A stretch of DNA of 64,000 nucleotides from Candidatus Latescibacterota bacterium (lineage in GTDB: Bacteria > Latescibacterota > UBA2968): assembly GCA_965204745.1 (NCBI GenBank), contig OZ242010.1, positions 1,248,001-1,312,000 on the forward strand, in the 5' to 3' direction. This document shows positions 30,516 to 39,679 of this stretch, in pieces (within the stretch, counting starts at the first letter, position 1; every line of letters starts with the position of its first letter). Below the pieces are notes generated by a model. It saw only the letters and a list, made by a program, of their open reading frames with translations, had not been told where the DNA came from and did not search any database. The position numbers and the translations under genes were made by a program.

Positions 30516-31010
30516 GAGGGGACCTATCCCCCGGCCCCTTTCCTACGAGGAAAGGGGAGTAAAGCTCCTTTGATGGCTTATCGCTCTGGTTGCTCTGATG
30601 GCGCTGACCGAGGGGACCTATCCCCCGGCCCCTTTCCTGCGAGGAAAGGGGAGTAAAGCTCCTTTGATGGCTTATCGCTCTAGTTGCTCTGATGACGCTG
30701 ACCGAGGGGACCTATCCCCCGGCCCCTTTCCTGCGAGGAAAGGGGAGTAAAGCTCCTTTGATGGCTTATCGCTCTAGTTGTTCTGATGGCGTTTTGCGAG
30801 GGCATAAAGCGATTAAAAATCCCTCATCAATACCCTCGCAAAACCGCTCACCGTTCCCCCCTTCCTCTAAGGAAGGGGGGTTAGGGGGGTAGGTCCCGAT
30901 AAGGAGCGAGTGTTTCAGTTTCTCAAACCGAGAGCATATTCGGCGATAGGCTTGATTTTCTCGATAAACCGCTCAAGCCAGTTGCTTTGCTCGTAAATGT
31001 CAACACAACC
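30516..31010. mobile_element. Partial MITE copy 3 with three ~94-bp tandem units
   Basis: gaggggacctatcccccggcccctttcct...gaggaaaggggagtaaagctcctttgatgg x3; ends in TIR AAATGTCAACACAACC then TA. Confidence 0.7.
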
Positions 31011-32797
31011 TACTGACCACTTGGGCGGTGGCGGGGTTGCCTCACCTCTCCCGTCTTACGTCTCACCGAAGGGAGTTGGGCGGGGTGGGACATCCGCGGT
31101 TGCTTTTTTTTCGCGATGAGGAGATCGATTTCAAACGCGCTGACCGGATAGGTGATGCCCCAGGTTTCGAGCACATGGGGATGGATTTCCCCGATGAGGC
31201 CGTAGGCGCGCTCGCCGTTGCGGATTTCGCCGCTACGCCCGGGCAAGAAGGTGGGATGGTCGATGGGGGCGATGGTGTAGTCGAAATTGAAGTAGTAGGC
31301 CAAGACCTCGAGATAGCTTTGAATGCCCGACAAATTGGCCTCGTCACTCGCTTCGAGGGCGCAGAGATGGATGTCTGTGCGCGTGCCGTAATTTTCATCG
31401 GGGGCGGGGGTGCCCACTTCGCCCACTTCAAAAATTCGGTGCGGATAGCGGGCGCGCCGGCTCGCGGCTTCGGTTTTGAGCAAGCCCGGTAGCAGGGAAG
31501 CGCGCAATGCGCCGTAGCTTTCGGACATGGGGTTGGAGATCGAAATGAGCTGCGCGTCTGGATTGTTCATGTCCTCGGTCTGCTCTCGTTGGGAACAGAG
31601 AATGGACAAAAAGACCTCTTGAAAGCCACTGCCGACCATGAGTTGGCGGAATCGATCCGATAGGTCTTCTTCGGGCGCGGCTTTGCCCAGTGTGAAATCC
31701 CGGGGCATTTCCGGTTCAAACGCGTCGTAGCCCACGCCGATGACGACGTCTTCCACGATATCCACGGGGTGCAAAATGTCGTCGCGATACGGTGCGGGGC
31801 GCGCGGTGACAGTGCGGTTGCCGAGGGTGATGTCGCGGTATCCCATCGCGTTGAGAGCCGTTTGAATCTGCGCCATTTCGATGTGCGACCCGACGACTGT
31901 GTGGATCTCGCGGACATCGACTCGCATGGGTTCGGTGAGGTCATACGGGCACGTCAGGGCGCGGCCACGCGGGGTGTCGTAGGCATAGCGCGTGGTGACC
32001 GGGTGGATGGTGCCGCCCCGGTCCGCCATGTTCGCGGCCATAATCGCCATGGAGAGGAGGATGGCGTCGAGTTCTGGCCCGGTGGCTTCGCAGAACAAAA
32101 ACGCATCGCCCACTTCCACACGACCGAGTGTCTGGCTGTTGATCACCGGGGGCATGGAGAGCACTTCGCCGCGCGAATCGCGGATCAGGGGAAAGCGATC
32201 TTTGCCCGCGAGGAGGTGCGAATACGCCCTGCCCGTGGGATGGTCGGACAAAACTTGCCGCAGGGTCATTGCGCGTTCAAACTCGAGCGGGACAAATGCA
32301 GTCGCATCCGGATCGACCGCGTCGTAGCGCACGGGATAGGCGATGTCAGACGCATCGTAAATGCCGATGGCAACCGCGCTACGCCCGCGCCCGTACCCGT
32401 CCGCGAGTTTTTCCTGCGCTTCGATGAGGGCTTTCAGCGCGGGTTCGTCTAGCCGAATGCCCTCGCAGGCAAAGGCCGCGATGTAGGGGCGGATGTGCTG
32501 CAAACCGGGATCGACGATGACCTCCCGCTCTGCCCGCTGTGCATCAAAAAAGGGATACGGCGCGGATGACCCGTTGCCGGCCCTGGCTTCTCGATGGCTT
32601 TTGAGCAAGCGCGCGAGGCCCTCTGCTGACCAGAGGTCCGGGCGGTTGGTGTCTTTGAGTTGAATGCGGAGCGCGTCGCCTTCTGCGGAGTCGATTTCGG
32701 CTTTGGCGGTTTCGAGGGCCGCGCTCAGGCTTTCTGTGGAGTAGGTCTGACCTGCGAGGCGTTCAAGGTCGGCTTTGTCAACGGTGATTTTGGGCAT
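31010..32797 (-). CDS. pheT: Phenylalanyl-tRNA synthetase beta subunit, archaeal/eukaryotic type
   Basis: MPKI start; DTNRPDLWSAEG, VLSMPPVINS, RDDILHPVDIVEDV; no OB-fold tRNA-binding or ferredoxin-like ACB domain. Confidence 0.9.
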   Translation of the reverse strand: MPKITVDKADLERLAGQTYSTESLSAALETAKAEIDSAEGDALRIQLKDTNRPDLWSAEGLARLLKSHREARAGNGSSAPYPFFDAQRAEREVIVDPGLQHIRPYIAAFACEGIRLDEPALKALIEAQEKLADGYGRGRSAVAIGIYDASDIAYPVRYDAVDPDATAFVPLEFERAMTLRQVLSDHPTGRAYSHLLAGKDRFPLIRDSRGEVLSMPPVINSQTLGRVEVGDAFLFCEATGPELDAILLSMAIMAANMADRGGTIHPVTTRYAYDTPRGRALTCPYDLTEPMRVDVREIHTVVGSHIEMAQIQTALNAMGYRDITLGNRTVTARPAPYRDDILHPVDIVEDVVIGVGYDAFEPEMPRDFTLGKAAPEEDLSDRFRQLMVGSGFQEVFLSILCSQREQTEDMNNPDAQLISISNPMSESYGALRASLLPGLLKTEAASRRARYPHRIFEVGEVGTPAPDENYGTRTDIHLCALEASDEANLSGIQSYLEVLAYYFNFDYTIAPIDHPTFLPGRSGEIRNGERAYGLIGEIHPHVLETWGITYPVSAFEIDLLIAKKKQPRMSHPAQLPSVRRKTGEVRQPRHRPSGQ

Positions 32798-32814
32798 TGT
32801 GGTTTCCCGTGCGA

Positions 32815-34356
32815 TTAGCGCGCGTTGCGGAGCAGATCGAGGTCCGTGCTGAACAAGTCGCGGATGTCGCGGATGCCGAGTGCGACCATTGCCATGCGGT
32901 CGAGGCCCAGGCCCCAGGCGATGACCGGGACATCCACGCCCAAGGGGTGCGTGAGTTCTGGACGGAACAAGCCCGCGCCCCCGAGTTCGATCCAGCCGAG
33001 GAGGGGGTGTTTGGCCTGCAATTCGACCGAGGGTTCGGTGAACGGAAAATAGTCGGGCACATAGCGCACGGCTTCGGCTTGCGCGATTTCAAGGGCGAAC
33101 AGTTTGAGCAAGCCGAGCAAGTTGCGAAAGTCGATGGTTTCCCCCAAGACAATGCCCTCGGCCTGCGTGAAGTCCGCCGCGTGCGTGGCATCCACGTCTT
33201 CGGGCCGGAAGCAACGCGCAAGGGCGAAGTATTTGCCCGGGATATTTGGATTTGACGCCAGGGTGCGTGCGGAGAGCGCGGTGCCTTGGCTTCGCAAAAT
33301 GAGGCGGCGGGATTGTTCGGGGTTGAATTTGTAACGCCAGCCGCGCGATCCGGTTTGGCCCCCGTTTTCATGCGCTTGGGCCACGTTGGAAAAATGGGGT
33401 TCTTCAATGCGTTTGGATTGCGCGGGTTCCGAGACGTAATACGCGTCGTGGATGTTGCGCGCAGCGTGAAACTGCGGCATGAACAGGGCGTCCATGTTCC
33501 AAAATTCGGTTTCGACCAGCGAGCCTTTCATTTCCTCAAACCCGAGTGCCATCAGCTTGCGGCGCGCGCTGTCGAGGTACGCCCGATAGGGATGGTGTTT
33601 GCCGATGAGCACGCGCGGCGGTTTGATCGAGAGATCGTATCGGCGAAAGGACGCGCCGCGCCAGGTGCCTTTTTGGAGCATGTCCGGGGCGAGGCGAGAG
33701 ATTTCATCGCCCGTGAGCTCGGCTTTGAGGACTTCGGCGAGCACGCGCCGGCCTTCTTCTGTGAGGCGATAGACCCGCTCTGTGCGTTCGTCCAAGCGCA
33801 CGGGTGACTTGCCTTTGCCGCGTTTGCGGGCGTTGGCGTGGATGTATTGGGCGATGTCCGGAGGAAAGTTGTCGAGTTCAATGTGGGTCGTCGCGTCGGA
33901 GAATTGGGCGAAGAGCTCGGGGATGAGCCGATCCGCGAACAAGGACGCACGAGCCGCGTCCGCGATGGTGATGTTCCCTTTGTCGAGATCGATGACGCCC
34001 TCTTTTTTGAGACCGCCAAACGCGCTGCCCCAAGCCCCTTTGTCAAAGCGTTGATCCGCTTGCAGGTCTTTGAGCGCGACCGGCCCCGCGCTTGCCCGCG
34101 TCAAGAGCGCGGTTTCCGGGGTCGCGCCTTTGGCGGCAAAGTCTTGCCCCACTTCTGTCAGCGAGACGGTTGTGCGCGTGGTTTCCGCGGTGATTTCGAG
34201 GAGGTCTTTGGAGATGAGCCACTCTACCGCACGCCGAACCTGCCCTTCGCCGAGGCCCTGTTGCAGTTGTGAGTCGGACAGGGCGGCATCGGCATGGCAC
34301 TCATAAGCGCGCAAGATGCGAATTTCGAGGGCGTGGAGAGATGCGAGGTCGAGCAA
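32815..34356 (-). CDS. pheS: Phenylalanyl-tRNA synthetase alpha subunit, archaeal/eukaryotic type
   Basis: 513 aa with long N-terminal extension; FWNMDALFMPQFHAAR, DATHAADF, YFPFTEPS, AWGLGLDR; TTG start after AAGGAG. Confidence 0.92.
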   Translation of the reverse strand: MLDLASLHALEIRILRAYECHADAALSDSQLQQGLGEGQVRRAVEWLISKDLLEITAETTRTTVSLTEVGQDFAAKGATPETALLTRASAGPVALKDLQADQRFDKGAWGSAFGGLKKEGVIDLDKGNITIADAARASLFADRLIPELFAQFSDATTHIELDNFPPDIAQYIHANARKRGKGKSPVRLDERTERVYRLTEEGRRVLAEVLKAELTGDEISRLAPDMLQKGTWRGASFRRYDLSIKPPRVLIGKHHPYRAYLDSARRKLMALGFEEMKGSLVETEFWNMDALFMPQFHAARNIHDAYYVSEPAQSKRIEEPHFSNVAQAHENGGQTGSRGWRYKFNPEQSRRLILRSQGTALSARTLASNPNIPGKYFALARCFRPEDVDATHAADFTQAEGIVLGETIDFRNLLGLLKLFALEIAQAEAVRYVPDYFPFTEPSVELQAKHPLLGWIELGGAGLFRPELTHPLGVDVPVIAWGLGLDRMAMVALGIRDIRDLFSTDLDLLRNAR

Positions 34357-34395
34357 GGAGAACTCCTTGGATCAGTTGTCAGTTGTCAGTTGTCA

Positions 34396-35001
34396 ATGCG
34401 AATTAAGAGTTGGATCCATCGCGTACTTGTCCTTTCTTGAGGGCGCAACCCTTTCACCCTTAAAGGTAAGGAGCACGCGATGGATTGGCAAGATAAACTC
34501 ATTGACTTGTCTGTCTCTATTTGTCAGCAGTATGACCAAAAGCATCTGTGGTTTTATACACAACGCATGAGCAAGAACGACACGCCGACCTTCACAGATG
34601 AAGAAGTGCTGACGATCTCTTTGTTTGGGATCATGCAACAGCACACGCAGATCATGGCGATTGATACCTATACGAAGGATCATCTGTCCGACTGGTTTCC
34701 CAATCTGCCCACTTATGCAGGCTATCCTTAAAAGACACGCTTAGCAAGCAACAGAACCTGATCTTCGAGACGCCGGTGAAGCGAAAGAAGGGACAAGAAA
34801 GCCTGACCGAAGCCGAAAAAGACTTTTCTCGGGCGGTTTCGAGCATGCGACAGCCGATAGCGGCCTTGTTCAGTTGGATTGAACGAAAGACGAACCTCTC
34901 GAGGGCGTCTCGGGTACGATCAGAGGATGGCTTACTCGTTCATGTCTTTGGGCGATTGACCGCGGCTTGCTTCTTACTCGCTTTCTACTCTTAATTCGCA
35001 T
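34396..35001 (+). mobile_element. Internally deleted IS982-family element
   Basis: TIR ATGCGAATTAAGAGT at both ends; N-terminal fragment (FTDEEVLTI...WFPNLPTY) and C-terminal fragment (SSMRQPI...ASRVRSEDGLLVHVFG). Confidence 0.8.
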
Positions 35002-35027
35002 TGACAACTGACAACTGACAACTGATC

Positions 35028-36077
35028 TTACTTGATTTCCAACATGCGTTCCACGGCTCTGAACGCGCGGATGCGGATATCTTCGGGCACTTCGATGATT
35101 TGCTCGTCGTTGAGCAGGGCATTGCGCGTGTCTTCAAGGGTGATTTCGTTCATGTGCGGGCAACGGATGCTGCACAGGCCCACCATCTCCTTGTCTGGAT
35201 TTTCCGCGGCGATGTTGTCGCCCATGCTGCATTCCGTCAACAGCAAGTACCGCTCCGCATTCATTTCGCGCACGTAATCCACCATGCGGGACGTGCTGCC
35301 GGAAAAGTCGGATGCGGCGACCACTTCTGGGCTGCATTCCGGGTGCGCGAGGACGACGACATCCGGGAATTGTATGCGGACGTTTTCAATGTCCTGTACC
35401 GTGAATTGCTCGTGGACTTCGCACCGCCCGTGCCAGCCGATCATTTCGTATTCAAGGCCGGGTTTGGGATCGGCAAACCCCGTTGTCGTGGGAAAGATGA
35501 TGCGTTTATCGGTTTCTCGTGCGACATTGGCGGCCAGGTATTCGTCGGGCAAAAAGATAATGGTGTCCGAGCCGAGCGATTCGACGACCTTGTGGGCATT
35601 GCCCGAGGTGCAACAAATATCGCATTCGGCTTTGACATCGGCATAGGTGTTGATATACGTGACGATGGGAACGCCCGGATATTGGTCGCGCAAGTTGCGA
35701 ACGTCTCGCGCCGTAATGCTCGCGGCCAGCGAACACCCGGCAACGCGCGCGGGCAAGAGCACGGTTTTGTCCGGGTTGAGAATTTTCGCGGTTTCGGCCA
35801 TAAAGCGCACGCCGCAAAACACGATGGGATCCGCGTCTGTCTCTGCGGCTTTGCGCGACAATTCGAGCGAATCGCCCACGACATCGGGCACGGAGTGATA
35901 AAGCGCGGGCTCCATGTAGTTGTGCCCGAGGATGATCGCCCCGCGCTCTTTTTTCAGGGTGTTGATTTCAAAAGCCAGTTCGGCTTTGTAGCGCAATTCG
36001 ATATCCGGCACAATGCCGTCCAATCGCTCGGCCATCTGTCGATAGGTCTCTTTTAAGGTGGTGGCAGTCAGTGCCAT
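35028..36077 (-). CDS. nadA: Quinolinate synthase
   Basis: ILGHNY, FCGVRFMAETAKILNP, GCSLA, CEVH, AHPEC, CPHM. Confidence 0.95.
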   Translation of the reverse strand: MALTATTLKETYRQMAERLDGIVPDIELRYKAELAFEINTLKKERGAIILGHNYMEPALYHSVPDVVGDSLELSRKAAETDADPIVFCGVRFMAETAKILNPDKTVLLPARVAGCSLAASITARDVRNLRDQYPGVPIVTYINTYADVKAECDICCTSGNAHKVVESLGSDTIIFLPDEYLAANVARETDKRIIFPTTTGFADPKPGLEYEMIGWHGRCEVHEQFTVQDIENVRIQFPDVVVLAHPECSPEVVAASDFSGSTSRMVDYVREMNAERYLLLTECSMGDNIAAENPDKEMVGLCSIRCPHMNEITLEDTRNALLNDEQIIEVPEDIRIRAFRAVERMLEIK

Positions 36078-36182
36078 AACAGTTCGCTCCTGTTGTTGGG
36101 GTCTTATGGGCTGTTTGAACAAAGATATAAAAAGATGGCCTTTGTTGCAAGGCTTGGGTTATCGGATACGCGGGAGTGAAAA

Positions 36183-37247
36183 ATGAAATTTGTGATTCGC
36201 GCAGGCGGGGTCGGCACGCGGCTGTGGCCCTTGAGCCGCGAGCACGACCCCAAGCAGTTTCACGCCTTGACTGGCGAGCGCACGATGTTGCAAGAGGCGG
36301 TTCACCGCCTGCGACCACTCGCGGCAATGGACGACCTGTACATTTCCACGAGCGCGACATTGGTGCATCGCGTGCGCGAACAAGTGCCCGAGTTGGCACT
36401 TGAAAACATCATCGTCGAACCGGCACAGCGCAATACCGGCCCCGCGGTGGGCTTGGAGTGCGCCTTATTGGAAGCCCGATTTCCCGGATGCGCGATAGCG
36501 AGTTTGGGATCGGATCACCACATCGGCGCGCCGGGGGAATTTTGCCGGCTGCTCAAAGTGGCAGAAGACGCACTATCAGATCGCGCCGAGACCCTGTTCA
36601 CGCTCGGCGTCAAACCCACGCGGGCCGACACGGGGTTTGGCTATCTCCAAAAGGGCGAGGTGATCGCCACGGTGAACGATGAGCCGATCTACGATGTGGC
36701 GGCATTTGAGGAAAAGCCCGATGCAGAGACCGCAAAGACCTACTTGGAGAGCGGTCGCTATTTGTGGAACAGCAATATGTTTGTGTGGAAAGCGAGCGCG
36801 ATGCTGCGTCTCTTCGCCGAGTTTGAACCCGAGATCTACGCCCTTCTCGAACAAATTGCCGCCGCCGTTGGCGTTGGACGCGAAGCCGAGGTCATTGCCC
36901 GCGTGTACCCGCAGATGAAAACCGCGACCATCGACCACGCGATTCTCGAGCGCGCCTCCCGTGTTGCGACCGTAGAGGCCGATATGGATTGGTGCGACCT
37001 CGGCGCGTGGGATGCGTTGAAAGAGGTGTTGCCCGCAGATGCGAATGGCAATATATTGCGTGGCAATGTGCTGTCGCTCAATGCCAAAAACGCGACGGTC
37101 TATGGCGGCAAAAACAAAGTGATCGCGTTGGTCGATGTCGAGGATTTAATCGTGGTTGACACAGGCGACGCCCTGCTTATTTTGCCCCGCGATAGGTCTC
37201 AGCGCGTGAAGGATGTGGTTGCGGCATTGGACGAGCGGTATGTGTGA
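36183..37247 (+). CDS. manC: Mannose-1-phosphate guanylyltransferase
   Basis: AGGVGTRLWPLSR..PKQF, EPAQRNTGPA, FEEKPD, WCDLGAW. Confidence 0.88.
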   Translation: MKFVIRAGGVGTRLWPLSREHDPKQFHALTGERTMLQEAVHRLRPLAAMDDLYISTSATLVHRVREQVPELALENIIVEPAQRNTGPAVGLECALLEARFPGCAIASLGSDHHIGAPGEFCRLLKVAEDALSDRAETLFTLGVKPTRADTGFGYLQKGEVIATVNDEPIYDVAAFEEKPDAETAKTYLESGRYLWNSNMFVWKASAMLRLFAEFEPEIYALLEQIAAAVGVGREAEVIARVYPQMKTATIDHAILERASRVATVEADMDWCDLGAWDALKEVLPADANGNILRGNVLSLNAKNATVYGGKNKVIALVDVEDLIVVDTGDALLILPRDRSQRVKDVVAALDERYV

Positions 37248-37256
37248 CGAAAGGAG

Positions 37257-37751
37257 ATGGCTGTGAAAATTTGGCGTTTTTGTCTCGCGCTCTGCGCGTT
37301 CTTCCCATGCACGGGCAACGCGGCGTTTATCGACGGTGTGAATTTAGGCGGGGGCTTTATGTGGAATGACAGTGTTCGCCTGAAGTTCGCATCCGCAGGC
37401 GGGATAACCCTGCACGCCTCGGTGCATCTCAAGCCGCCGGGGCCGTTTATACTGACGCCGTTTTACGATGTGAGTTTTGCCAGCCCCGCGATGCACGTCT
37501 TGGGCACGGGTCTCAATTATACGATTGGCATGCGCGATTTTGAAGCCCACAAGCTGTTTGTCGGCCCCATCATCGGGCGGGTGATATCCGCAGGCGAATC
37601 TCAGAGTTTTTTCGGCGGGGAATTGGGATACAAATTTCCCATCGGCGAAAAACTCGGCCTGTTTGCCCGAGTCAAATACCTCGAAGATCAAAACGACATG
37701 GTCAGCGGATTTTCCGGGCACCTCGGGGCGACGTTCAAACTCTTTCCGTAA
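37257..37751 (+). CDS. Small outer-membrane beta-barrel-like protein
   Basis: Signal peptide; alternating amphipathic strands; aromatic C-terminus. Confidence 0.6.
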   Translation: MAVKIWRFCLALCAFFPCTGNAAFIDGVNLGGGFMWNDSVRLKFASAGGITLHASVHLKPPGPFILTPFYDVSFASPAMHVLGTGLNYTIGMRDFEAHKLFVGPIIGRVISAGESQSFFGGELGYKFPIGEKLGLFARVKYLEDQNDMVSGFSGHLGATFKLFP

Positions 37752-37768
37752 CAAAACAGGAGCAAATC

Positions 37769-38509
37769 GTGAAACGCTACCTAATCGCAATGCTGATCCT
37801 GACTGCCCAAGTCAGCGCGGAAGATGCGGACGAGATGTCGACCGGCGATGGGAAAACAGACGCGGTCATGGTCGAGATTCAAAAACTGGTCCGGGAAATT
37901 GACCGTTGCGCCGGAACGCAAACGACCGTTATTCGCATTCAAGGCCAGGAATTGACGCTTCGGGCCAACGCGGCATTCAAGCGGCCCAACCTCATGCGCC
38001 TCGACACAGTGGAAGACGCGGAGATCATCGCCCAACGCCTATCAGACGGGGGCCTGATGTGGACGTATGACCGCGCCGAAAAAATCGCCTCCAAAGTGAA
38101 CCTCGGGCGCGTCTATCGCCTGACCGACCTCGAAGCGGATGCAGACCAAGCCGATCCCCTGCGCCCCTTTCGCGGCTTGGAATGGACGACCATCCGCTAC
38201 ACCGGTGACGAAATATTCGACGACCAACCCCACCGCGTCTTTGAGGCCAAACCCAAAGTCAATCTTTTGCACGCGCAACTGCACCTCCCGCTCGTCAAAG
38301 CACAACTGACCATCAACGCCGAAACCGGCCTGTTGCGCGAAACCCGGCTTTTTGATGCGTCGGACGACGAGATCATCGCGCAGACCTTTCACAACCTGAC
38401 CATCAACCCCGACCTAAAAGACGCGAAGTTTGAATTTATCGTGCCCTCGGGCGCCCATATTATCGACGCAACCGACGAGGCGATCCAAGCCCTCAAAGCG
38501 GTTGAGTAG
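37769..38509 (+). CDS. LolA-like lipoprotein carrier/sorting protein
   Basis: FKRPNLMR...SDGGLMWTYD; INPDLKDAKFEFIVPSGA. Confidence 0.75.
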   Translation: MKRYLIAMLILTAQVSAEDADEMSTGDGKTDAVMVEIQKLVREIDRCAGTQTTVIRIQGQELTLRANAAFKRPNLMRLDTVEDAEIIAQRLSDGGLMWTYDRAEKIASKVNLGRVYRLTDLEADADQADPLRPFRGLEWTTIRYTGDEIFDDQPHRVFEAKPKVNLLHAQLHLPLVKAQLTINAETGLLRETRLFDASDDEIIAQTFHNLTINPDLKDAKFEFIVPSGAHIIDATDEAIQALKAVE

Positions 38510-38530
38510 CGACTGATTGGGGAAGATCAC

Positions 38531-39037
38531 ATGACGACCAAATATTGGCGCGTTGCCCTCTTGGTCTGGATGGCCTTCATTTTTTTCCTGTCGGGCAACA
38601 GCCTATCATGGCAAAAGACGGAAAAATTAATCGTTGCTTTGCGACCTCCAACTCAGTCCAGCACATGGACCCCACAATCGAGCAAATTCATATTTGTGCA
38701 TACTGCGATCCGCAAATTTGCACACATCGCAGAATACGCTATCTTGGCCTATTTGTGGTTCCGCTCTCTTTGGACGAAGCCCGGGCGATTTGTCTCCTGT
38801 ATGCGATGGAGCGTTTTGCTATCCATTCTCTATGCCCTGTTGGACGAATGCCATCAATATTTTTTGTTTTCTCGCGATGGTCAATGGACCGATGTACTTT
38901 GGGACAGTGCGGGAATCGCCATGATGAGTCTGGTCTTGTGGTATGTGAAACGCACGGGAAAGGGCAAGTGGATTTTAGGCGCGAATGGCAACCAACGACC
39001 CCTTTTTGGCCTCTTTAGGAAAAGAGAGATTTCGTGA
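38531..39037 (+). CDS. VanZ-family membrane protein
   Basis: IRKFAHIAEYAIL, YALLDECHQ, R.GQWTDVLWD. Confidence 0.85.
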   Translation: MTTKYWRVALLVWMAFIFFLSGNSLSWQKTEKLIVALRPPTQSSTWTPQSSKFIFVHTAIRKFAHIAEYAILAYLWFRSLWTKPGRFVSCMRWSVLLSILYALLDECHQYFLFSRDGQWTDVLWDSAGIAMMSLVLWYVKRTGKGKWILGANGNQRPLFGLFRKREIS

Positions 39038-39471
39038 AAACAACACATTGGCGCGTCGCCTTGTTTGTATGGATGGTTGCTATTTTTGTCTTTTCAAGTA
39101 GCCTGCTGTCGGCTGAAAATACAGCGACATATTTATCTTTCTCTGACGATCCGATGTTTGTGGCGATAGCAAATTTTGGGCTACGCAAATTTGCACACAT
39201 CGCAGAATACGCCATCTTGACCTACTTATGGTTCCGTTCTCTGTGGACGAAGCCCGGTCGATTTGTTCCCTGTGTGTGGTGGAGTATGTTGCTATCCATT
39301 CTCTATGCGATGTCGGACGAATGGCATCAAACTTTTGTCCCCAGTCGCGAGGGCATTTGGACCGATGTGGTTTGGGACGCCATCGGAGTCGCAATGATGG
39401 GGCAGGTCTTGTGGTATGCGAAACGCACGGGAAAAGGACAGCGAATTTTAGGAGGCATTGGCGATCAATAG
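39034..39471 (+). CDS. VanZ-family membrane protein (tandem paralogue)
   Basis: LRKFAHIAEYAIL, YAMSDEWHQTFVPSR; overlaps the upstream stop. Confidence 0.85.
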   Translation: MKTTHWRVALFVWMVAIFVFSSSLLSAENTATYLSFSDDPMFVAIANFGLRKFAHIAEYAILTYLWFRSLWTKPGRFVPCVWWSMLLSILYAMSDEWHQTFVPSREGIWTDVVWDAIGVAMMGQVLWYAKRTGKGQRILGGIGDQ

Positions 39472-39562
39472 TCTTTTTTATGAGGATCCCCACCATGACC
39501 AAATCCGGAAAATTTGAACGGGTTGTCGCCAGTTGTACCCCGCTCGTGTTTTTGTAGCTAAA

Positions 39563-39667
39563 CTCGCCTCTTACGTCTCGCCTCTTACGTCTTGCCTCTT
39601 GCCTCTTGCCTCTTGCGTCTCGCCTCTTGCCTCTTACGTCTTGCCTCTTACGTCTTGCCTCTTGCCT
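39563..39667. repeat. Heptamer tandem array (CTYRCST-type, ~15 units)
   Basis: ctcgcct/cttacgt/cttgcct units in 7-bp phase; related arrays at 62932-62965 and near 61870. Confidence 0.9.
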
Positions 39668-39679
39668 TTAGGAGTTTTT

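Noticed and set aside
30516-30795. Possible CRISPR array
   Set aside because: The ~94-bp units are near-identical throughout, with no unique spacers; they belong to the MITE hairpin family; no cas genes are present
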